Positions 43,820 to 53,885 of a stretch of 64,000 bases of DNA are shown piece after piece (the stretch's first letter is position 1; each line of letters opens with the position of its first letter). The stretch is from NCBI GenBank assembly GCA_033720855.1, contig JAWWBR010000004.1, positions 377-64,376 of the forward strand, written 5' to 3'. The notes beneath the pieces were generated by a model, which was not told the DNA's origin, searched no databases, and saw only the letters and a list, made by a program, of their open reading frames with translations. The position numbers and the translations under genes are program-made. The stretch comes from Alphaproteobacteria bacterium (lineage in GTDB: Bacteria > Pseudomonadota > Alphaproteobacteria > SMXQ01).

Positions 43820-44581
43820 GTGAATATTCTCGAAATCAAGAACCTGCACGTCACCGTCGACGGCACCGAGATTCTCAAGGGTCTCGACCTCACCCTGCCC
43901 GCCGGCGAGGTGCATGCGATGATGGGACCCAACGGCTCGGGCAAGTCGACCCTGTCCTACGTGCTGGCCGGCCGCGAGGGTTACGAGGTGACGGAGGGCG
44001 AGGTCATTTACCGGGGCCAAGACCTGTTGGCGCTCGACCCCGACGAACGCGCCCAGGCCGGGGTCTTCCTCGCCTTCCAGTACCCGGTGGAAATCCCCGG
44101 CGTCGCCAATTCGGTGTTCCTCAAGGCCGCGGTCAACGCCCAGCGGCGCGCCCGCGGCGAGGACGAGCTGGACGCCATGGACTTCCTCAAGCGCGCCAAG
44201 ACGCAGCTGGCGGAGCTGAAGATGGAGCCGGAATTCCTCTCCCGGCCGATCAATGTGGGCTTTTCCGGCGGCGAGAAGAAGCGCAACGAGGTGTTCCAGA
44301 TGGCCATGCTGGAACCGACCCTGGCGGTCCTCGACGAGACAGATTCGGGGCTCGACATCGATGCGCTCCGCATCGTCGCCGAGGGCGTCAACCGGCAGCG
44401 TGCCGCCGACCGCGCGATGCTGGTGATCACCCACTACCAACGGCTCTTGAACTACATCGTCCCCGACCGCATCCACGTGCTCGCCAAGGGCCGCATCGTG
44501 CGCTCGGGCGGCAAGGAACTGGCGCTGGAGCTCGAGGAAAAGGGCTATGGCGCCTTCACCGACGAGAAGAGCGCGGCCTGA
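43820..44581 (+). CDS. sufC: Fe-S cluster assembly ATPase SufC
   Basis: 253 aa; Walker A GPNGSGKST, ABC signature FSGGEKKRNE, Walker B LAVLDETDSGLD. Confidence 0.95.
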   Translation: MNILEIKNLHVTVDGTEILKGLDLTLPAGEVHAMMGPNGSGKSTLSYVLAGREGYEVTEGEVIYRGQDLLALDPDERAQAGVFLAFQYPVEIPGVANSVFLKAAVNAQRRARGEDELDAMDFLKRAKTQLAELKMEPEFLSRPINVGFSGGEKKRNEVFQMAMLEPTLAVLDETDSGLDIDALRIVAEGVNRQRAADRAMLVITHYQRLLNYIVPDRIHVLAKGRIVRSGGKELALELEEKGYGAFTDEKSAA

Positions 44582-44596
44582 GGCGGCGGCAGCATC

Positions 44597-45937
44597 ATGA
44601 ACACGGCAGTATCCGAAACCCTGAGCACCGCCGACGCCCATCTCCGGGCCTTCGCAACGCTTGCGCCCGATCTGCCCGGCTCCGGCGTCGAGTGGCTGGC
44701 GGCCCTGCGCCGCGACGCCTTCAAGCGCTTCGAAGATGCGGGGCTGCCCAACCGGCGTCTCGAAGCATGGAAGTTCACCGCCCTCGACCTCGTCCAAAAC
44801 GGTGCATTCACGCCGGCCGCCGCCGGTCGGGCGCCGGAGGCCCCGGCCCTGCCCGGGCCCGAGGACTGGGCGGCGCGCCTGGTCTTCGTCGACGGCCGCC
44901 TGATTGACGGTCTCTCCGACATCCCCGCCCTCGGCGACGGCATCATCCTCACCACCCTGGCCCGGGCGCTCGAGCACGACCCCGGCCTGATCCAGGGCCA
45001 TATCAGCACCGCCACCGACGCCGCCGGCGCGCTATGGGACCTCAACGCCGCCTTCATGGCCGACGGCGCCGTGCTCCATTTGGCCGACGGCGTCCGGCTG
45101 GAAACGCCCATCAGCCTGGTGTTCCTCGCCACCGGCGCCACCGGAGGGGCGAGCCACACGCGCAACATCTTCACCCTCGCCCGCGGCGCCGAAGCCCAGG
45201 TGATCGAGACCTACGCATCGGCGGGCCCAAGCGCGGCGCCGGCCTTCGCCAATGCGGTGACCGACATCGCCCTGGCCGAGGGCGCCGCCCTCACCCACGC
45301 CCGCGTCCAGGACCAGGGCCCCGCCGCCGTCCACACCGCCCGTGCCGTGGTCGACGTCGGCGCCGAGGCGCGCTATGCGTCCTTCGCCCTGGCCTTGGGC
45401 GCACGCCTCTCGCGCCAGGAAACCGATCTCGCCTTCTCCGCGCCCGGCGGCCGGGCGCGCCTCATGGGCGCCTATCTCGGGCGCGGCCGCCAGCACCTCG
45501 ACCACACCACCCGGGTCGATCACGCCTATCCCAATTGCGAGACCGAGGAGCTGTTCAAGGGGGTGCTCGACGATCACGCCCATGGCGTGTTCCAGGGCCT
45601 GATCCGGGTCGCGCCCAAGGCGATCGGCACCGATGCCAGGCAGAAGAACCAGGCGCTGTTGCTGTCCGAACGCGCCGTCGCCGACACCAAGCCGGAGCTC
45701 GAGATCCTGGCCGACGACGTCAAGTGCGCCCACGGCGCCAGTGTCGGCGACATCGATGCCGATGCGCTGTTCTACCTGATGGCGCGGGGGCTGCCCGAGG
45801 CCGAGGCGCGCCGGCTCCTGATCGGCGGCTTCGTCGGCGAGGTCATCGACCGCTTCGACGCGGGCGCGTTGGGCGAGCACCTGCACCACTGCGTCGCGCG
45901 CTGGCAGGACGAGGACGCGGGAGGCGACGATGACTGA
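44597..45937 (+). CDS. sufD: Fe-S cluster assembly protein SufD
   Basis: 446 aa; SufBD-fold C-terminal region; position between sufC and sufS. Confidence 0.9.
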   Translation: MNTAVSETLSTADAHLRAFATLAPDLPGSGVEWLAALRRDAFKRFEDAGLPNRRLEAWKFTALDLVQNGAFTPAAAGRAPEAPALPGPEDWAARLVFVDGRLIDGLSDIPALGDGIILTTLARALEHDPGLIQGHISTATDAAGALWDLNAAFMADGAVLHLADGVRLETPISLVFLATGATGGASHTRNIFTLARGAEAQVIETYASAGPSAAPAFANAVTDIALAEGAALTHARVQDQGPAAVHTARAVVDVGAEARYASFALALGARLSRQETDLAFSAPGGRARLMGAYLGRGRQHLDHTTRVDHAYPNCETEELFKGVLDDHAHGVFQGLIRVAPKAIGTDARQKNQALLLSERAVADTKPELEILADDVKCAHGASVGDIDADALFYLMARGLPEAEARRLLIGGFVGEVIDRFDAGALGEHLHHCVARWQDEDAGGDDD

Positions 45938-47183
45938 CGCCGCACCCCGCACCAATACGGCGGCCCGCTTCGACGTTTCCGCGGTCCGCGACCAGTTTCC
46001 CATCCTCAAGACGCCGTCCCACGGCCGGCCGCTGGCGTTCCTCGATTCGGCGGCCTCCGCCCAGAAGCCCCAAGCGGTGATCGACGCCGTCGCCCACACC
46101 TACGAGGCCGAATACGCCAACATCCACCGCGGCGTCTATGACCTGTCGGAGCGCGCCTCGGCGGCCTACGAGGCGGTGCGCGGCAAGACGCGGCAGCTGA
46201 TCAACGCCGCAGACGACGGCGAGATCGTCTTCACCAGCGGCACCACCGAGGGCATCAACCTGATCGCCCAGGGCTGGGGCCGGGCCAATCTCGGACCCGG
46301 CGACGAGGTGCTGATCACCGAGATGGAGCACCACTCCAACATCGTCCCCTGGCAGCTGCTGCGGGACGAGAAGGGGATCGTCCTCAAGGTCGCGCCCTTC
46401 GACGACGACGGCGCCCTGATCATGGACGAGTTCGAGAAGCTGCTCGGCGAACGCACCAGGCTGGTGGCCGTGACCCAGGTCTCCAACGCGCTCGGCTCGG
46501 TTCTGCCGATCGCCGACATCATCGCCATGGCCCACGCCGCCGGCGCCCTGGTGCTGGTCGACGGGGCCCAGGGCATCCCCCATCTCGCCACCGACGTGCG
46601 CGCGCTCGACTGCGATTTCTATGCCTTTTCCGGGCACAAGCTCTACGGCCCGTCGGGCACCGGCGTGCTCTACGGCAAGGGCGATCTGCTCTCCGATATC
46701 CCGCCGTGGAAGGGCGGCGGCGACATGATCCTGTCGGTCACCTTCGACAAGACCGAGTTCGCGCCCCCGCCGCAGAAGTTCGAGGCCGGCACCCCCAATA
46801 TCGCCGGCACCATCGGCCTGGGCGCCGCCATCGACTGGTTCGCGGCCCTCGACCACGAAGGGCTCGCCGCCCACGAGGCCGACCTGCTGGCCTACGCCAC
46901 CGACCGGCTGGCGGAGGTGCCGGGGCTGCAACTGATCGGCACCGCGGCGGACAAGGCGGCGGTGGTGTCCTTCGTGCTCGATTACGCCCACCCCCACGAT
47001 ATCGGCACGGTGCTCGACCAGCAGGGGGTGGCGGTGCGCACCGGCCACCACTGCGCCCAGCCGGTGATGGACCATTTCGACGTCGCGGCGACGGTCCGGG
47101 CCTCCTTCGGGGCCTACTCCAACCGCGACGATATCGATGCGCTGGTGGCGGCGCTGGGTGAAGTCAGGGAGTTGTTCGGCTGA
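45930..47183 (+). CDS. sufS: cysteine desulfurase SufS
   Basis: 417 aa; PLP-dependent class V aminotransferase, FSGHKLYGPSGTGVLYGK lysine motif, HHCAQP catalytic cysteine region; 8-nt overlap with sufD. Confidence 0.95.
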   Translation: MTDAAPRTNTAARFDVSAVRDQFPILKTPSHGRPLAFLDSAASAQKPQAVIDAVAHTYEAEYANIHRGVYDLSERASAAYEAVRGKTRQLINAADDGEIVFTSGTTEGINLIAQGWGRANLGPGDEVLITEMEHHSNIVPWQLLRDEKGIVLKVAPFDDDGALIMDEFEKLLGERTRLVAVTQVSNALGSVLPIADIIAMAHAAGALVLVDGAQGIPHLATDVRALDCDFYAFSGHKLYGPSGTGVLYGKGDLLSDIPPWKGGGDMILSVTFDKTEFAPPPQKFEAGTPNIAGTIGLGAAIDWFAALDHEGLAAHEADLLAYATDRLAEVPGLQLIGTAADKAAVVSFVLDYAHPHDIGTVLDQQGVAVRTGHHCAQPVMDHFDVAATVRASFGAYSNRDDIDALVAALGEVRELFG

Positions 47184-47632
47184 TGTCGGAATTGCGTGAC
47201 CTGTATCAAGAGGTGATCCTCGATCATTCGCGGAGCCCGCGGAACTTCGGGCACCACGAGCCGTCGAACCGCGAGGCCAAGGGGCACAACCCGCTCTGCG
47301 GCGACAAGTTCACGGTCTACGCGCTGGTCGAGGACGGCATCGTCAAGGACGTCAGCTTCGAAGGGCGGGGCTGCGCCATTTCGACCGCCTCGGCATCGCT
47401 GATGACGGAGCTCCTCAAGGGGCTGAGCGAGGCGGAAGCGCAAGCCATGTTCCAACGCTTCCACGACGTGGTCACCGGCGAGAAGGACGAGGCGCTGGAC
47501 GACGGGCTCGACAAGCTCAACGCGCTGGCCGGCGTGCGCGGCTATCCGATGCGGGTGAAATGCGCGACCCTGGCCTGGCACACCTTGAAGGCGGCGCTGG
47601 ATGAAACCGACGACACGGTGGTGACGGAGTAG
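47183..47632 (+). CDS. sufU: SUF system NifU-family Fe-S assembly protein SufU
   Basis: 149 aa; aligns with B. subtilis SufU (YQEVILDHSRSPRNFG, NPLCGDKF, FEGRGCAISTASASLMTE, VKCATLAW); start overlaps sufS stop. Confidence 0.85.
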   Translation: MSELRDLYQEVILDHSRSPRNFGHHEPSNREAKGHNPLCGDKFTVYALVEDGIVKDVSFEGRGCAISTASASLMTELLKGLSEAEAQAMFQRFHDVVTGEKDEALDDGLDKLNALAGVRGYPMRVKCATLAWHTLKAALDETDDTVVTE

Positions 47633-47636
47633 AGCC

Positions 47637-48017
47637 ATGGACGAACGGACCCCCATGGGGAATACCGAGATCGAGGCCCCGGAGACGACGGCCGCGAAAG
47701 GCGACGGCGACGGCGACGCCTTGCGCCAGAGCGTGATCGAGATGCTGTCGACCGTCACCGACCCCGAGATTCCCGTCAATATCTACGAGCTCGGCCTGAT
47801 CTACGACGTCGACATCTCGGAAGACGGCGACGTGCGCGTGGTCATGACCCTGACCACGCCCAACTGCCCGGTCGCCGAATCGATGCCCGGCGAGGTCGAA
47901 TACCGGGTCGGCACCGTGCCCGGCGTGCGTTCGGTCGCGGTCGAGCTGGTCTGGGACCCGCCGTGGACGCCGGACCGCATGTCGGAAGCCGCCAAGCTTG
48001 AACTGGGCTTCATTTAG
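47637..48017 (+). CDS. sufT: SufT (DUF59/MIP18 family) Fe-S assembly protein
   Basis: 126 aa; IYELGLIYDV...TLTTPNCP motif of DUF59. Confidence 0.75.
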   Translation: MDERTPMGNTEIEAPETTAAKGDGDGDALRQSVIEMLSTVTDPEIPVNIYELGLIYDVDISEDGDVRVVMTLTTPNCPVAESMPGEVEYRVGTVPGVRSVAVELVWDPPWTPDRMSEAAKLELGFI

Positions 48018-48032
48018 GATCGGGTGAACGCC

Positions 48033-48392
48033 ATGGCAGATACCGCAAACACCACCGAACGCCCGCCCATCGTGACGCTGACCGAGGCCGCCGCGGCCCG
48101 CGCCAGAACCATCCTCGCCGCCGCCGAGGAACCGGTGGCGGGCCTGTGGATCGGCGTCGGCGAGGGCGGCTGCTCGGGCAAGACCTACAAGATGGACTAT
48201 GCGCGGGAGATCGGCCCCAGCGACGAGGTGATCGAAGACAAGGGCATCACCCTGGTGATCGACCCGATGGCCATGCTCTACCTGTTCGGCACCGAGATCG
48301 ATTATGAGGACAAGCCGCTCGAATCCGGCTTCGTCTTCCGCAATCCCAACGAAACCGCGCGCTGCGGCTGCGGCGAGAGCTTCAGCGTCTAG
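48033..48392 (+). CDS. sufA: A-type Fe-S cluster carrier (SufA/ErpA/HesB family)
   Basis: ORF 48024-48392; CSG...CGCGESF three-Cys motif; ATG 48033 preferred over GTG 48024. Confidence 0.8.
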   Translation: MADTANTTERPPIVTLTEAAAARARTILAAAEEPVAGLWIGVGEGGCSGKTYKMDYAREIGPSDEVIEDKGITLVIDPMAMLYLFGTEIDYEDKPLESGFVFRNPNETARCGCGESFSV

Positions 48393-48439
48393 GCCTTATT
48401 CAACCAACTGGTTAATTAACCACTTGGTTAAATAAGGCC
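48392..48439. terminator. AT-rich 48-nt inverted repeat between convergent sufA and dusA (possible bidirectional terminator or protein-binding site)
   Basis: GGCCTTATT-caaccaactggttaattaaccacttggtta-AATAAGGCC; inner imperfect palindrome centred on TTAATTAA; no flanking U-tract. Confidence 0.4.
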
Positions 48440-48448
48440 CCCGCGCCG

Positions 48449-49480
48449 TTATAAGGCCCGCGCCGGCCGCGATTCCGGCGGCGCCGCTTGGCCGGGCCGG
48501 GCGCTGCGGATCTCCGCCGGCACCTTGGCCGCGGCCTCCAGCAACACCTCCACCCCGGCGCCCGGCTTGTGGGCGTTTTCGGCGAGATGCCGGCGCCAGG
48601 CCCGGGCCCCCGGCACGCCCTGGAACAGGCCGAGCACGTGCCGGGTGATCTCCGACAATCTGCCGCCGGCGCCGAGATGGGCCTCGGCGTAATCGGCCAG
48701 CCGCGCGATCACCTCGTCGCGGCTGCGGCCGGGGCCGGGCTCGCCGAAGATCTCACCATCGGCCCGGGCCAGCATCCATGGGTTCTGGTAGGCGGCGCGC
48801 CCGATCATGGCGCCGTCGACATGGGCGAGATGGTCGCGGGCCGCGTCCAGGGTGAGGATGCCGCCGTTGATCGCCACCTCGAGGTCGGGCCGCTCGGCCT
48901 TGAGGCGGTAGACGTCGTCGTAGCGGAGCGGCGGGATCTCCCGGTTCTGCTTAGCGCTCAGGCCCTCGAGCACGGCGATGCGCGCATGCACGGCGAAGGA
49001 GGAGACGCCGCCGCGGCCGACCCTGGTGACGAAATCGAGCAAGTCCGCGAACGCCGCGCGCCCGTCGATGCCGATGCGGCACTTGACGGTCACGGGGATG
49101 CCCTTGCCCCCCATGGCTTCGACGCAGCGCGCGACCTCGTCGGGTTCGGCCATCAGGCAGGCGCCGAAGCGGCCCGACTGCACCCGGTCCGACGGGCAGC
49201 CGACATTGAGGTTGATCTCGTCATAACCGAGATCGGCGGCGATCTCGGCGGCGCGGCCAAGGGCGCCGGGGTCGGCGCCGCCAACCTGCAGGGCGAGCGG
49301 GTGTTCCGAGGGATCGAAGCCGAGCAAACGGTCGCGATCGCCATGGAGGATCGCGCCGGTGGTGATCATCTCGGTATAGAGCAGCGTGCGCCGCGTGATC
49401 AGCCGCAGGAAGAAGCGCTCGTGGCGGTCGGTCCAGTCCATCATCGGCGCGACCGAGAGGCGGCGATCGGGAGCCGTCAT
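48449..49480 (-). CDS. dusA: tRNA-dihydrouridine(20/20a) synthase DusA
   Basis: 343 aa; MTAPDRRLSVAPMMDWTDRHERFF, FMN-binding TIM barrel with NVGCPS catalytic Cys; ATG overlaps stop of upstream RND permease (ATGA). Confidence 0.9.
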   Translation of the reverse strand: MTAPDRRLSVAPMMDWTDRHERFFLRLITRRTLLYTEMITTGAILHGDRDRLLGFDPSEHPLALQVGGADPGALGRAAEIAADLGYDEINLNVGCPSDRVQSGRFGACLMAEPDEVARCVEAMGGKGIPVTVKCRIGIDGRAAFADLLDFVTRVGRGGVSSFAVHARIAVLEGLSAKQNREIPPLRYDDVYRLKAERPDLEVAINGGILTLDAARDHLAHVDGAMIGRAAYQNPWMLARADGEIFGEPGPGRSRDEVIARLADYAEAHLGAGGRLSEITRHVLGLFQGVPGARAWRRHLAENAHKPGAGVEVLLEAAAKVPAEIRSARPGQAAPPESRPARAL

Positions 49481-52400
49481 GGGCTTCCCTCCCCGCCCTC
49501 GGCGGCCTGCCCCAGTTCCGGCCGCCCGCGGCCCGAACGTCCGATCACCTTGCGCACAGCGTCGGCCGCGTCCCCCTGCACCGCGATCAGGGCGGGCACC
49601 ACGACCAATACCAGGGCGGTGGCGGCAAGCAGGCCGAAGGTGATGGTCAGCGCCATGGGGATCAGGAACTGCGCCTGGAAGCTGCGCTCGAACATCAGCG
49701 GCAACAGCCCTCCGATGGTCGTGGCCGAGGTCAGGATTACGGCCCTGAGACGGTCGCGGCTGCCGTTGACGATGGCCTCATGGAGCGGCTCGCCGCCGCC
49801 GATCCGGCCGTCGATGGTGGTCACCAGGATGATGGAATCGTTGACCACGATCCCGGCCAGGCCGAGAAGCGCGATCAGGCTGAGGATGGTGAGATCGAAA
49901 CCCAAGAGCCAATGCCCGACGACGGCCCCGATCAGCCCGAAGGGAATGATCGCCATCACCACCACGGGCCGGGAGAACGAGGCGAACACCCAGGCCAGGA
50001 TGATGTAGATGGTGACCAGGCCGATCGCCACCCCCATCTTCATGTCGGCCAGCGTCTCCTCCTGTTCTTCGGCCTTGCCCGCGAACCTGACCTGGGCGCC
50101 GTAGCGCGAGGCGACATCGTAAATGCCGTCCTTGGCCAGCGCCGCGAGCACCGTGTTGGTGTTGGTCGTGCCCTCGTCGACCTCCGCCGTCACCGCCACC
50201 TGGCGCACGCCGTTCTCGCGGCGAATGCGCGAAAAGCCGCGCTTGGTCTCGCGCGTGACCACCTCGCTCAGCGCCACTTCGGCGCCGCCCGGCGCCCGCA
50301 AATAGAGGTTTTCCAGCGCCGCCGTGTCGGCCGCGCCGCGGGGAAATTGGACCCTGACCAGCACCTCTTCGTCGCCACGGGCGAAGCGCCGCGCCACCGC
50401 GCCCTGGAAGGCATCGCGCACCTGGCGTGCGACGCTTTCGGTGGCGAAGCCGAGGGCGCGGCCGCGCGGCGTCACCTCCAGGATCTCTTCGGCCTTGCCG
50501 AAGGGAAGATTGTCCTCGACGTCGCTGACGCCCGGATAGCGCGAGAGCATCGCCCGCACCTCCTTGGCCGCCGCCTTCAGCGCATCGGTGTCGGGCGCCG
50601 AGAGTCGGATGTCGATCTCGCGGCCCGGAGGCCCGCCGGTCTGGCCCACCACCGTAAGGCTCTCGACGCCGGCCATCAGTTGCACCGACTGGCGCCACTG
50701 GGTGATCATTTCGCGGGTCCTGACGGTGCGTTCGTCCGACGGCGTCAACTCGAGGGTGACGCCGCCGATATTGTCGCCGGTGGCCGGGCCGACGTCCTGC
50801 CGGCCGACCTCGGTGCCGAGCTTGGACAGGGTCACGTGGATCAGCCCGCCCTTGCCCCCGGTCAGGGTCTTTTCCGCGGCAAGGGCCGCCCGCTCGAGCT
50901 CGTCCAGCATCGCCTGGGTCACGGCCCGGGGGGTGCCCGCCGACATCTCGACATTGGCGTGAACCCGGTCCGCCTCGGGGGTCGGGAAGAACTGGAAATT
51001 GACGCGGCCGCCCTGGATCAGGCCGATGGTCATGATCAAGGCGCCGACGGCAACGGCGAGAGTCGCGTACCGCCACCTCACCGCGGCGGCAACGGCACGC
51101 CCGAACTGATCGTCCCGAAAGCGGTCGAACGCGGTGTCGAACCTTTCGCGCAGCGGCGACCGCCGGGTCCCCAGCTTGGTGAAGGCGCTGCGCAGATGCG
51201 CCGGCAGGATGAAGAAGCATTCCAGCACGCTGGCACCGATCATGGAGATCACCACCAGGGGGATGGCGGCAATGATGACGCCGATGATGTCGCCGATGAC
51301 CAAAAGCGGCGTGAAGGCGGCGACCGTGGTCAGCGCCGAACTCAGCACCGGCGCCGCCATCCGCGTCGCCCCCACCTCGGCGGCCGCGGCGGGCGCCATG
51401 CCCGATCGCAGCCGGAACTCACCGTGTTCGCCGACGACGATGGCCTCGTCGACGACGATGCCGATGGCCATGATCATCCCGAACAGGCTGATCATGTTGA
51501 TGCTCTGGCCGGTGACCAGCATGATCGTCATGGTCGCCATCAGGGATATGGGGATGCCGGCGGCGACCCAGAAGGCGACCCGGGAATTGAGGAAGACGAA
51601 CAGCACCATCACCACCAGCACCAGCCCCGATATGCCGTTGCGCAGCAACAGATCGATACGGCTTCGGATCAGGTCGGCGGCGACCGCGTGCTGCTCGATC
51701 GAGATCTCCGGCGGCAATTCGCCTTTCACGTCGGCCAGATAGGCGTTCATGATTTCCGCCTGCTCCAGGGCATCGGCATTGACGGCGCGCTGCACATGGA
51801 GCTCGATGGCCGGCTTGAAATTGCGCCGCGCCTGGGGCTCGTCGACGTCGAAGCGTTCGCTAATCTCGGCGATGTCGCGCAGCAGCACCTTCTGACCCCC
51901 GGGCAGGGCCTTGACTTCGATCGACCCCAGCTGATTGGCCTCCTTGCGCAAACCGAGGCTGCGGATCTGCCTTTCGGTGTCGCCGCGCAAGTTGCCCGAG
52001 GGCAGATCCTGGGAGGTCTCACGGATGCGCTGGGCCACGTCCGCGAGGGTGAGATCCAGGCGCAGCAGGGTCTCGGGCCGAATTTCGACCCAGATCTCCT
52101 CGTCCCGGGCGCCGAACATGTCGACCTTCTGAATGCCGCGGTTGAGAAGCCCATCGCGAAGCTTCTTGGCGATGGTCTTGAGGGTCGCCTCGGAATAGGG
52201 CCCGCTCAGGATCAGCCGGGCGATGGTGTCGTAGCGTACGGCGCGGCGGACCACCGGCTTGAGGCTGTCTTCGGGCAGGGTCGTCACCTGGCCGACCCCG
52301 GTCTCGACGTTGGAAAGCGCCGCCTGCATGTCGGTGCCGGCGTAGAATTCCACATTGACCGAGGCGCGGCCCTCGACCGACGAGGAGACCACGTTCTTGA

Positions 52401-52638
52401 CGCCATCGAGGAAGCGCACCTCCGGCTCGATGGCCTGGACGATGGTGGTATCGACGTCGTCGGCAGAGGCGCCCGGCCATTCCACTTCGATGGTCACCCA
52501 GTCGATGCCGAAATCCGGGAAGAACTGCACGTTGAGCCGGTTCAGGGAAAACACCCCGAGCAGGATGATCAAGGCCATCAGGAGGTTCGCCGCGGTGGGA
52601 TGGCGGACGAAGAAATGCAGGAGCCCCGCGCCTTGCAT
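49477..52638 (-). CDS. efflux RND transporter permease subunit (AcrB/HAE1-like)
   Basis: 1053 aa; 12-TM RND architecture, N-terminal MQGAGLLHFFVRHPTAANLLMALIILLGVFSL; start overlaps stop of adaptor gene. Confidence 0.95.
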   Translation of the reverse strand: MQGAGLLHFFVRHPTAANLLMALIILLGVFSLNRLNVQFFPDFGIDWVTIEVEWPGASADDVDTTIVQAIEPEVRFLDGVKNVVSSSVEGRASVNVEFYAGTDMQAALSNVETGVGQVTTLPEDSLKPVVRRAVRYDTIARLILSGPYSEATLKTIAKKLRDGLLNRGIQKVDMFGARDEEIWVEIRPETLLRLDLTLADVAQRIRETSQDLPSGNLRGDTERQIRSLGLRKEANQLGSIEVKALPGGQKVLLRDIAEISERFDVDEPQARRNFKPAIELHVQRAVNADALEQAEIMNAYLADVKGELPPEISIEQHAVAADLIRSRIDLLLRNGISGLVLVVMVLFVFLNSRVAFWVAAGIPISLMATMTIMLVTGQSINMISLFGMIMAIGIVVDEAIVVGEHGEFRLRSGMAPAAAAEVGATRMAAPVLSSALTTVAAFTPLLVIGDIIGVIIAAIPLVVISMIGASVLECFFILPAHLRSAFTKLGTRRSPLRERFDTAFDRFRDDQFGRAVAAAVRWRYATLAVAVGALIMTIGLIQGGRVNFQFFPTPEADRVHANVEMSAGTPRAVTQAMLDELERAALAAEKTLTGGKGGLIHVTLSKLGTEVGRQDVGPATGDNIGGVTLELTPSDERTVRTREMITQWRQSVQLMAGVESLTVVGQTGGPPGREIDIRLSAPDTDALKAAAKEVRAMLSRYPGVSDVEDNLPFGKAEEILEVTPRGRALGFATESVARQVRDAFQGAVARRFARGDEEVLVRVQFPRGAADTAALENLYLRAPGGAEVALSEVVTRETKRGFSRIRRENGVRQVAVTAEVDEGTTNTNTVLAALAKDGIYDVASRYGAQVRFAGKAEEQEETLADMKMGVAIGLVTIYIILAWVFASFSRPVVVMAIIPFGLIGAVVGHWLLGFDLTILSLIALLGLAGIVVNDSIILVTTIDGRIGGGEPLHEAIVNGSRDRLRAVILTSATTIGGLLPLMFERSFQAQFLIPMALTITFGLLAATALVLVVVPALIAVQGDAADAVRKVIGRSGRGRPELGQAAEGGEGSP

Positions 52639-53885
52639 CAGCGGGTCCTGACCTTGAGACCCGGCGCCATTTCCGGGAAACGGGTGATGACGACCTCGGC
52701 GCTGGGCTCGAACTTGCCGCGAACGAAGACGTCATTGCCGCTGCGGGTGACGAGCTCGACCTTCCGCTCCTGCAGCCGCCCGTCGAGGGCGACGAAGATA
52801 CGGCCACCCGCGCGCAGCGCCGTGGCGGGGATGCGAACGAGGTCCTCGTAGCGCCGCTCCTTGAACCAGACCTCGACAAAGGCGCCCGGCCTCAGCGGCG
52901 TGTCGGAGCCGGCCCCGTCGATGCGGGCGAACAGGTCGACTCCGCCCTTGGCGGCGTCCACCTCCCCCTGGATACGGTCGATGGTGGCGGTGAAGGTTTG
53001 GACCCGGTCGCCCGCGGTCCAGACCGCGCGGATGGCGCGCCCGCGCCAGTCGCCCACCGACAGCAAACGCCCGAAATTCTCGTTGGAGAGCGTGAACCGC
53101 ACCTCCAGCCGACGCGCGTCGATCAACCGGGCGACCCGGTCCGAGCGGCTCACCCGCTTGCCGACCTCGGTGGAGACGTCGACCAGGAAGCCTTCGAAGG
53201 GGGCGAGCAGCCGGGTTTGCTCGAGGTCGCGCTCGGCTTGGCGCAGCTGCACGGACAGTCGTTCGATCACCGCCTTCTGCTGTTCCAGGCGCGAGGCGTA
53301 TTGGCGGATGTTGCGTTCGCGCTCGATCAGCCGGAGGCGTGCCTCCGACAGCGCCAGGCGCGCGTCGTCCAGGGCCTTTTCCGAGCTGGCGCCGCGGGCG
53401 ACCAGGCGCTCGCGGCGGGCGACGTCGCGCTTACGTAACGCCACCTGCTCCTTGTCTCGGACCCGTAATTTGATGGCGCCGGTACGCTCGGCCTCGATCT
53501 CGCGGAGTTTCGCCCGCGCCTCGTCCAACTGGGCCTTGCGTTCATTGAGCGCGTTCTCGAAATCGAAGCGATCGATGGCAATCAGCAATTCCCCCGTCTT
53601 CACCACGCCGCCCTCGACGAAGGCGGGACCGGTGTCCACCACCCGACCTTCCACCAGGGGTCGCAATTCGACCTGGCGCCCGGCGAAGATCTGACCGAAG
53701 GCCTTGATCTCCGGCTCGACGTCTTCGGGAACCGCGGGGACGGTGGCGACGGTCCAGATTCTCTCCTCCGCCGGCTGCGGTGTCGTCTCCGGCTTGGTCG
53801 CGCGCAGATAGAAGAACGCGGCCACGGCCACGGCCAGCACCAGGACCGGCAGGCCGACGCGCAATCCGTCCCTGGCCGAGAGCAT
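52638..53885 (-). CDS. efflux RND transporter periplasmic adaptor subunit (MFP/HlyD family)
   Basis: ORF 52638-54056; start at MLSARDGLRVGLPVLVLAVAVAAFF after GGGAGGG; coiled-coil region and beta-barrel domain; ATG overlaps tetR stop (TGATG). Confidence 0.85.
   Translation of the reverse strand: MLSARDGLRVGLPVLVLAVAVAAFFYLRATKPETTPQPAEERIWTVATVPAVPEDVEPEIKAFGQIFAGRQVELRPLVEGRVVDTGPAFVEGGVVKTGELLIAIDRFDFENALNERKAQLDEARAKLREIEAERTGAIKLRVRDKEQVALRKRDVARRERLVARGASSEKALDDARLALSEARLRLIERERNIRQYASRLEQQKAVIERLSVQLRQAERDLEQTRLLAPFEGFLVDVSTEVGKRVSRSDRVARLIDARRLEVRFTLSNENFGRLLSVGDWRGRAIRAVWTAGDRVQTFTATIDRIQGEVDAAKGGVDLFARIDGAGSDTPLRPGAFVEVWFKERRYEDLVRIPATALRAGGRIFVALDGRLQERKVELVTRSGNDVFVRGKFEPSAEVVITRFPEMAPGLKVRTR

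Noticed and set aside
48449-49480. Possible DusA-associated integrative element at the dusA 5' end
   Set aside because: The gene upstream of dusA is an RND efflux permease with overlapping stop/start. No integrase, excisionase or attachment-site repeat was seen.
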